From Bryobacterales bacterium (GTDB taxonomy: Bacteria; Acidobacteriota; Terriglobia; Bryobacterales; Bryobacteraceae), in the NCBI GenBank assembly GCA_038232555.1, contig JBBSHP010000001.1:1-40541 (forward strand): a DNA stretch of 40,541 bases, written 5' to 3'. Below are positions 34,867 to 40,541 of the stretch, in pieces (the stretch's first letter is position 1; the number at the start of each line of letters is the position of its first letter). Under the pieces are notes generated by a model that was not told where the DNA came from, did not search any database, and was given only the letters and a program-made list of their open reading frames with translations. The position numbers were made by a program, and so were the translations under genes.

Positions 34867-36438
34867 CTACAGGATTGCCTTGAAGGAATACCAAGACGCG
34901 CGGATGGCGTGCCCTACAGTGTAGTTTAAGCCAGTCGGCAGAATCCCGTTCTTCTGTCCATACCAAACAATAATCCATGCAATTAAGCCAAGCACCGCTA
35001 GTATCGCGCCACCAAACAAAAGCATATGCCCAGGGTTAAAAAAACGCATATAGGCCAGCCCGGATAAAGCCAGAGCCGCCAGAACGTTTAGCAGCAACAG
35101 AAAGCCCAAGCCGTTCGGCGCCTCCTCAAAGCGCCGGAGCCTTATGAAAACCAGAAAGGCGGATACGGCGTGAGCCGCCAATAGTGTCTGAACGGCCGCG
35201 AGCGCGCCGTGTCCCGGAATTAAAAACCAGCCTAGAACGATCACAAGAACCGACCATACCGCGTTGATAACGCCGGAATCGTGTACCGACCGTATAAGGA
35301 GCCGGGCGGCGGCGGGAGACGTTCCCATGTGAATCACCCCGGTGGTAATCGCAAGTGCGGCCGGAAGCTCCGCGCCGGAGTAAACAGCCCCGTATAAACG
35401 GGTCAGCGTCCAAGGCAACATTATGATCAGCAGTCCCGCGCAGACGCTCGCAAGCAGGGTGGCAATGCTGGTACTTACCAGCACGACGCGACTGCTGCCG
35501 CCGAACGGCTCAGCTCCCTCTTCTGTAAATAACGCAAAGCTGCTTTGAGCGATCAAACTCGGCGCCAGTGCCGACATGTTACGCAATTGCGTGGCGATGG
35601 AATAAAACGCCATGCCAGTTAAGGACGTGTCAGCGCGGGCGACAAGCGAGGCGGTCCACCATCCCGCCGCATTGAGCCCCACCACGCTCGCCAATTGAAC
35701 GAGTCCGAATCGCCAGACGGTCCACACCGAAAGGCTCGCCGCCTCGCCCGTATCCAATGTATGCTTGTTTCTAACATAATGTGTTAAAAATGCCACCGCA
35801 ACGACTGCGGCGAGCACTGCCGCGGCTTGCCCGGCGATCATAGGGATAGCTCCGTGCCGCGCAGTTGAGGGCACGACCAGCAGAAGGCCACCCCCTACTG
35901 TGACCGATAATGTGACTAAGAGTCCGAACCGGCGCTGTCCGATCAGCAGGCCCCGGCAGCATTCTAATAAAACGAACGCCACTGCGGAAACCGCTCCCAC
36001 CTTCAGCGCGGGAGTCAAACTCGAATTTTGAAGAAGCAGGCGCGCCAGCGGATTCGCGCCGACCCAAAGAATGATTCCGGCGATCGCAGCCGAAGTTAAA
36101 CTCACAAGCAGAAGTATGCGGATTAATTCCGCATAGCCCCTTTTGCCACGCGAGTGCTGGCCGGCGAAGCGGCTAGCTGTCGTACCGATGCCTGCGCCGG
36201 CATAACTGGCCACATTCATTGCCGTTGTCTGGACCAGGGAATAAGTTCCAAAAACTGTAGCCCCGCCCAGACGCGCCGCTAGCACATTTGAGATAAAACT
36301 GGCTCCGCGCTCAATTGTCAGCGCTACGCCTAAGGCGGACATTCCCGACAAAAGCGGCCCGAGAATAGAGCGCTTGACGGAACCCACGCTTACACCATCA
36401 ACGGCCTCCGTGGGCACTACCTGTGACTTGGTACCCAC
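34867..36438 (-). CDS. wzx: Wzx-like MOP-superfamily oligosaccharide flippase
   Basis: 523 aa, at least 12 hydrophobic segments, Gly/Ala-rich helices. Positioned directly after the Wzc-like gene; the GTG start abuts its TAG stop. Confidence 0.7.
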   Translation of the reverse strand: MGTKSQVVPTEAVDGVSVGSVKRSILGPLLSGMSALGVALTIERGASFISNVLAARLGGATVFGTYSLVQTTAMNVASYAGAGIGTTASRFAGQHSRGKRGYAELIRILLLVSLTSAAIAGIILWVGANPLARLLLQNSSLTPALKVGAVSAVAFVLLECCRGLLIGQRRFGLLVTLSVTVGGGLLLVVPSTARHGAIPMIAGQAAAVLAAVVAVAFLTHYVRNKHTLDTGEAASLSVWTVWRFGLVQLASVVGLNAAGWWTASLVARADTSLTGMAFYSIATQLRNMSALAPSLIAQSSFALFTEEGAEPFGGSSRVVLVSTSIATLLASVCAGLLIIMLPWTLTRLYGAVYSGAELPAALAITTGVIHMGTSPAAARLLIRSVHDSGVINAVWSVLVIVLGWFLIPGHGALAAVQTLLAAHAVSAFLVFIRLRRFEEAPNGLGFLLLLNVLAALALSGLAYMRFFNPGHMLLFGGAILAVLGLIAWIIVWYGQKNGILPTGLNYTVGHAIRASWYSFKAIL

Positions 36439-38802
36439 CTAATCCCCGGCCGCTGCGTAACTCCGAAGATATTTGTTATAGGTTCCATTATTTTGGCTTT
36501 TTCGTGGATCCCAATCGTTCAACACTGTACCTAAAACACAGATTCCATCCTGAGCGAGGCATTGCTGCATGCTCAAAGCGCTATCGCGGCTGGTTTTCCC
36601 CGAACGGAATATCAGGAGTACGCCTTCCGCTAACCATCCAAGCACCCGTGCATCGGAAAGATACATCATCGGCGGTGTGTCAATGAGGATATAGTCGAAC
36701 TCACGCCGAAGTCGAAGTAGCAACCGCTGTAAGCGCTGGGAATGCAGCTTGGCTCCGATGTCGCGTTTAACGGCTCTGGTGGGAAGTACGAACAAATTCT
36801 TAATTTTAGTCTGACGGACCAGGTTCAACAATGGGACATCATCGATTGGCTCGCTGCCTTCAAGTAGATCGGACAACCCGCCGGTCGGATCCAAGCCAAA
36901 CAGTTCATGCAGCCGAGGTTGACGCAGATCGCCGTCTATCAACACGACGCGCCGATTGATATTTGCCAGCGCAATCGCTAAGTTCGTGGACACGGTGGTT
37001 TTCCCGTCCCCCGATTCCGGACTTGTGAGGACGACTACCCTCGTTTTCACTCCCGCCCCGTTTGTGAACAGGAGCGAATTCATTGTGGCAGAGAAGGCGT
37101 CCGAAATATCCCGTGGCGTTCCTGTCCAGGTCGCGAGCTCAAGAGGCTGGTGCGCCTGGGCCGCTGCGGCAGCCCTGGCTTCCCCCCCCTCGTCTTTCGG
37201 AGGCGATGAAATTTCCTGTCCAATGGTTCGCGGCTTGCGATGCTTCAGCTTGTCAGTCCCGCTTGCTAGAAGCTGACGGACAGAATGGGTTCGGGCCGAT
37301 GGAATCACGCCCAATTCCCGAACTTGCAAATGCCGGGCACTCTCCCCGGGTTCCCACAACGTGCGATCGGCTTTGGAGCGGAGAAGAACAAAACCCATAC
37401 CCACGCACGTGCTGAGAATGAATCCGAGACCCATGCCTGCGACCCAATTGGGTGAGTACGGTTTACCAGGCGGCGTGGCAATGTCAACGACGGTGATCGT
37501 GCTCGAACGGAGGGCCTGCGCCAGCCCCACTTCTTCGACACGCTGCAATAGGCTCTCATAAAGCTTACGCCCTGAATCGACTCCACTCTTGAGCATGTTG
37601 TAATGCACGGCTTTATCGGCATGTTCGGATACCTGAGCCATCTGAGAGCGATAGGCGCGGGCCGTCATCGTTTCCCGGCGCTGCGCTGCGCCGTACTCGC
37701 TCCGAAGTCTTTTTAATGCGTCTTGCCGCTCCCTTGCTAGCGTGTTCTCGAGTTCCGTTATTTGCGATTTGATCTCGCGCACCTTGTAGTGAGCTGGGGT
37801 CATAGTCGCCGAAACCTCCGCCAACTGCCGGCGTAGGTCGGTCAGTTTCATTCGGAGCTCGCGGACCGGCCCCTCGTCCAACAAGGATGGAAGCCCGCCG
37901 CTGGCGTTGTTGGCCGCCACTTCATACTGCGATTCCCTGCTGATCCGCTCGGATTCGGCACGTGACAATTCCGCCTGGAGTTGGCGCAGTTTTTCCTGCG
38001 CCAATCCGGCGGCTTCGGAATCGAACATCAGCCCCGATTCTCGAACCGAATCCCGCAGCTCGGCCTCAGCCTTTGTAAGCCGGCGTTTCACATTATCCAA
38101 TTGGCTCGAAAGCCATTGTCCAGTTTCCTGCGTGCTCCGATACCTGGACTCCACGTTTTGGGTTTCGTAGGTCTGAGCCAAGCTGTTACACATCTCTGCC
38201 GCAATCTGCGGGTCACGGGCATCGCAAATGATCTCTACGATGCGCGTATTGCCTAAAGCCCGTACTTTGACCCTGTGAGCCGCATCAGCCAGGAGATCTG
38301 TTCTGGAGATCCGGCTCTGGCCGAAGTTGAAGATGGACCACCACTCTCCGGCTTGTTCCGGCGCCGCCGCCAGGGTTGGTTTGTTCTTGATGCTCTTAAT
38401 CGCTCGTTGTAGCAGCGATTCACTCTGCAGGATCTTAATCTCGGTCTGCAGGTAGGCTTCGGGAAGTACGTTTCCGGCTGTGCTGACTGCGGGCGTAGCC
38501 TCACGCACATTCAGAACACTCTCATTCAGATTCCTGATGTCGAGCACGGTTCGCGCGCGGTACAGCGGAATTTGTAGAAGACAATATCCAAACCCTCCCA
38601 TAAAACCGAGCAGGCCTAAGAAGCACAGCAGGCTCAGATGCCCTCGCAGCACCCGCCAGTATTCCAGCAATTGCCCGGATGCCTCGGCCGGAGCCGGGCG
38701 CCACTGTTGATACGGGCTCAAGCTCCCCGAGAAGGCAGGCTGTTGTAAAACGATTTCTTTGCGGGATGAATAAATCTCATCGCCGGAGTTCTGATTGGTC
38801 AT
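36439..38802 (-). CDS. wzc: Polysaccharide co-polymerase fused to a BY-type tyrosine autokinase (Wzc/GumC/EpsG-like)
   Basis: N-terminal Wzz-like region with TM1 (LLCFLGLLGFMGGFGYCLL) and a long coiled-coil periplasmic part, then TM2 (GMGLGFILSTCVGMGFVLL). Kinase motifs: Walker A SPESGDGKTT, Walker A' LIDGDLR, Walker B YILIDTPP. C-terminal Tyr-containing tail GTYNKYLRSYAAAGD. Confidence 0.85.
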   Translation of the reverse strand: MTNQNSGDEIYSSRKEIVLQQPAFSGSLSPYQQWRPAPAEASGQLLEYWRVLRGHLSLLCFLGLLGFMGGFGYCLLQIPLYRARTVLDIRNLNESVLNVREATPAVSTAGNVLPEAYLQTEIKILQSESLLQRAIKSIKNKPTLAAAPEQAGEWWSIFNFGQSRISRTDLLADAAHRVKVRALGNTRIVEIICDARDPQIAAEMCNSLAQTYETQNVESRYRSTQETGQWLSSQLDNVKRRLTKAEAELRDSVRESGLMFDSEAAGLAQEKLRQLQAELSRAESERISRESQYEVAANNASGGLPSLLDEGPVRELRMKLTDLRRQLAEVSATMTPAHYKVREIKSQITELENTLARERQDALKRLRSEYGAAQRRETMTARAYRSQMAQVSEHADKAVHYNMLKSGVDSGRKLYESLLQRVEEVGLAQALRSSTITVVDIATPPGKPYSPNWVAGMGLGFILSTCVGMGFVLLRSKADRTLWEPGESARHLQVRELGVIPSARTHSVRQLLASGTDKLKHRKPRTIGQEISSPPKDEGGEARAAAAAQAHQPLELATWTGTPRDISDAFSATMNSLLFTNGAGVKTRVVVLTSPESGDGKTTVSTNLAIALANINRRVVLIDGDLRQPRLHELFGLDPTGGLSDLLEGSEPIDDVPLLNLVRQTKIKNLFVLPTRAVKRDIGAKLHSQRLQRLLLRLRREFDYILIDTPPMMYLSDARVLGWLAEGVLLIFRSGKTSRDSALSMQQCLAQDGICVLGTVLNDWDPRKSQNNGTYNKYLRSYAAAGD

Positions 38803-38808
38803 GATGTA

Positions 38809-39867
38809 CTAACGGTGAAAGATCACAAATCCAGTCCCGATCTGAATTGCAGTTTCAATGGCACGCGTGGTAGCACTTCGCGCAGCGCTGTTCGGAACAA
38901 ATAAGATATCGTTGGCGCCCAAAGAAATATCTGGTGCTTTTCCGTCCAGGATTTTTTGCAGGTCTACCGGGGTATCGGTTCTCCCTCCTCCCGGCACGTT
39001 GCTTGCGCGCAGCACTCTTGTATGCTTGGCCGAAGCGCGAATATCAAGCCCCTCGGCAAGCGAAAGAAGTTCCAAAGCTGTGATCGACGATCGGTCCCCT
39101 AAAGGAAAGCCTCCGGACTTCTTCACATTCCCAACCACGTACACCGTGTCAGCGCGGGCGATAGTAACCACGTCGTACGGCTGGATAACAATGTTTGCCG
39201 CTGGATCGCTGGACGAGAGGAGATTCTTGAGGTCGACATCGGCGACACTGGACCCGTCACTAGCCTCCTGTGCATTCGGCACAGGCAAAGGCCCGTACGC
39301 TTTCTGGCGAACAATTCTCAGTTTCGGCCCGGCATCGGTGCGAATGCCCCCTGCCATGGACAGGAAGTCAAGCAGTGTAGTTCGTCCTTGTAACTGGTGC
39401 TTTCCAGGGGTTGCGACCGCACCTAAGATAGATGCCGGATGGCTGTGGATCTGGTCTACGACCACCGTCACCTCGGGTTCTAAATAGTATATTTTCAGCT
39501 TTGCGGCTAATTCGTTCTCAAGTTCTTGAGCCGTCCGGCCCGCAGCGTGGACTCGGCCGATTAGCGGAAAATTGATATCGCCGGTGGCCTCGATGCGGAA
39601 CTGCTTATCGGCGATCTCTTTAGCGTGTACGGCATGCACCACGATCTGATCGTCTATCCCGAGCATATAGGCGGGAGATTGGATGGAGGCGGTTGCATTA
39701 TTGCGTATGAGGTCCGCGGGGGCAGTCTGCTGCGAGGAAATGCAGATGCACGGCATCCCGAAAAATAGCAGCGTCGAAGCAACAACAGCTCTAAGAACGG
39801 CCATACGGGCATGGGCGCTACCGGGCAGTGCTCTCTTAAAAAACTTGGAGCTAAAGTGAATCGGCAT
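38809..39867 (-). CDS. wza: Wza-like polysaccharide export outer-membrane protein (Poly_export and SLBB domains)
   Basis: YMLGIDDQIVVHAV...GDINFPLIGRVHAAGRTAQELENELAAKL is the Poly_export block, followed by SLBB-like repeats (ILGAVATPGKHQL; VYVVGNVKKSGGFPL). The ATG at 39867 overlaps the NusG-like gene by 17 nt. An alternative ATG at 39804 gives a cleaner signal peptide (MAVLRAVVASTLLFFG). Confidence 0.85.
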   Translation of the reverse strand: MPIHFSSKFFKRALPGSAHARMAVLRAVVASTLLFFGMPCICISSQQTAPADLIRNNATASIQSPAYMLGIDDQIVVHAVHAKEIADKQFRIEATGDINFPLIGRVHAAGRTAQELENELAAKLKIYYLEPEVTVVVDQIHSHPASILGAVATPGKHQLQGRTTLLDFLSMAGGIRTDAGPKLRIVRQKAYGPLPVPNAQEASDGSSVADVDLKNLLSSSDPAANIVIQPYDVVTIARADTVYVVGNVKKSGGFPLGDRSSITALELLSLAEGLDIRASAKHTRVLRASNVPGGGRTDTPVDLQKILDGKAPDISLGANDILFVPNSAARSATTRAIETAIQIGTGFVIFHR

Positions 39868-40381
39868 GAATTGTGGTATTTGTATCTAAGGAGAGAGCCC
39901 AATCGCGGTCAATCTCAACCAGCACCGAACGTTGCAACAGCTTTACCGATAACAAAAGCCGTACTGAATTCTTAATGGCAACCAGACGACCTGATAATCC
40001 CATCAGCGGCCCGGCGACTATCGTAACCGGCTGCCCGATTTCAAACACAGGAGAAGGTAGGTATTGAAGTCTCGAATTTGTCACAGTCTGCAACGCTGTG
40101 ATCTCGTGCTCCTCGATAGGCGCGGGAATATTGCCAATTCTGACTACACCGGTAACTCCTGGCGTACTCAGTGCCAAACTGCGGTAGGGCATATCGAAAT
40201 GAGCAAATACGTAACCTGGAAACAGCGGTAACTCTAAAAGTTTGTACCTGTCCGCCCAACGTTTCCTGGCAGTGTAGAGAGGTAAGAAATGAGGCACACC
40301 TTTCACTTCGAGAATATGTGAAACAAACTTCTCCGCTCGTGGCCGGACACGCAACGCGAACCATTTTGGACAATCAGGCAT
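39851..40381 (-). CDS. NusG-paralog transcription antiterminator (RfaH/UpxY-like)
   Basis: NGN domain WFALRVRPRAEKFVSHILEVKGVPHFLPLY...LPLFPGYVFAHFD, and a KOW-like FEIGQPVTIVAGPLMGLSGRLVAIKN. I prefer the ATG at 40381 over the ORF-track TTG at 40477. NusG paralogs normally begin just before the W-F/Y-A-hydrophobic strand, and another minus-strand ORF ends at 40422. Confidence 0.8.
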   Translation of the reverse strand: MPDCPKWFALRVRPRAEKFVSHILEVKGVPHFLPLYTARKRWADRYKLLELPLFPGYVFAHFDMPYRSLALSTPGVTGVVRIGNIPAPIEEHEITALQTVTNSRLQYLPSPVFEIGQPVTIVAGPLMGLSGRLVAIKNSVRLLLSVKLLQRSVLVEIDRDWALSLDTNTTIHADSL

Positions 40382-40392
40382 AGGCTTAATGT

Positions 40393-40418
40393 AAATTAAA
40401 AAAGCTGGATATCCGCTT
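40393..40418 (-). terminator. Possible intrinsic terminator or leader hairpin between the upstream ORF and the NusG-like gene
   Basis: The minus strand reads AAGCGGATATCCAGCTT: a 6-bp stem with one bulge and an ATAT loop. It runs into TTTTTTAATTT, starts 4 nt after the stop at 40422-40424 and ends about 12 nt before the ATG at 40381. Confidence 0.3.
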
Positions 40419-40421
40419 GAC

Positions 40422-40541
40422 TCAGGTAACCGCTGCGGAACTGGTTTTCGCGCTGGTTGCTGGTTTCGGGTGAACAATCAGGTCATAGGTCACGGGATCG
40501 ACGGCCACAGCCTGTTGCGCCAGTCGGAAGAAAAGCTTGCC
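40422..40541 (-). CDS. 3' end of an unidentified minus-strand ORF that enters from the right edge
   Basis: The frame is open from 40541 to TGA at 40422-40424 (GKLFFRLAQQAVAVDPVTYDLIVHPKPATSAKTSSAAVT). It is too short to identify and may not be coding. Confidence 0.2.
   Translation of the reverse strand, partial: GKLFFRLAQQAVAVDPVTYDLIVHPKPATSAKTSSAAVT

Noticed and set aside
39851-40477. The longer TTG-initiated version of the NusG-like ORF (208 aa).
   Set aside because: The extra 32 residues (MFTRNQQPARKPVPQRLPESSGYPAFLIYIKP) precede the point where NGN domains normally start. The start codon is TTG, and the extension would overlap another minus-strand ORF ending at 40422 as well as a hairpin/T-tract. 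The ATG at 40381 is preferred, though not proven.
1-40541. I looked for mobile elements, integration scars, CRISPR repeats, tRNA/rRNA genes and toxin-antitoxin or defence-type gene pairs.
   Set aside because: I found no transposase, integrase or recombinase motifs, no regularly spaced repeats, no tRNA-like cloverleaf regions in the few intergenic gaps, and no small paired ORFs. The window is explained by one glycan locus plus its flanks.

Overview
Almost the whole window (about 1343 to 40381) is one tightly packed, co-directional minus-strand gene array. I read it as a surface- or exopolysaccharide biosynthesis and export locus. No rRNA, tRNA, CRISPR array, transposase or integrase was recognised.

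Gene order in the direction of transcription:
- A NusG/RfaH/UpxY-like antiterminator heads the locus.
- Next come a Wza-like outer-membrane exporter, a Wzc-like co-polymerase/tyrosine autokinase and a Wzx-like flippase.
- Seven GT-B (mostly GT4, EX7E) glycosyltransferases are interleaved with a Wzy-like polymerase and a WcaF-like acetyltransferase.
- A WecA/MraY-family initiating transferase follows.
- The promoter-distal half (about 3981 to 25286) is unusual. It carries two GtrB/ArnC-type polyprenyl-phosphate glycosyltransferases, one of them fused to an extended-SDR epimerase/dehydratase.
- The same half carries a UbiA-family enzyme with the decaprenyl-phosphate phosphoribosyltransferase signature, coupled to a HAD phosphatase.
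- It also holds five polytopic GT-C-like membrane proteins (two are tandem paralogs), two Rossmann-type flavoproteins, a periplasmic PQQ dehydrogenase, a membrane-anchored SAM methyltransferase and a split transketolase.
- After a 236-nt gap there is a separately promoted PEP-CTERM/DUF4114-like secreted protein. It converges on the 3' end of an unidentified plus-strand gene.

The most interesting hypothesis is that this distal half makes several lipid-phosphate-linked monosaccharide donors. One of them resembles the mycobacterial decaprenyl-phospho-ribose/arabinose route. GT-C enzymes would then use these donors on the periplasmic face to decorate a Wzx/Wzy-built polymer.

All functional calls rest on motifs read by eye in the translated ORFs. 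No database search was possible. Start codons are uncertain at several junctions, because the ORF track uses the longest ATG/GTG/TTG ORF. The taxonomic impression (a soil bacterium that uses PEP-CTERM sorting, such as an Acidobacteriota-like organism) is only an inference.
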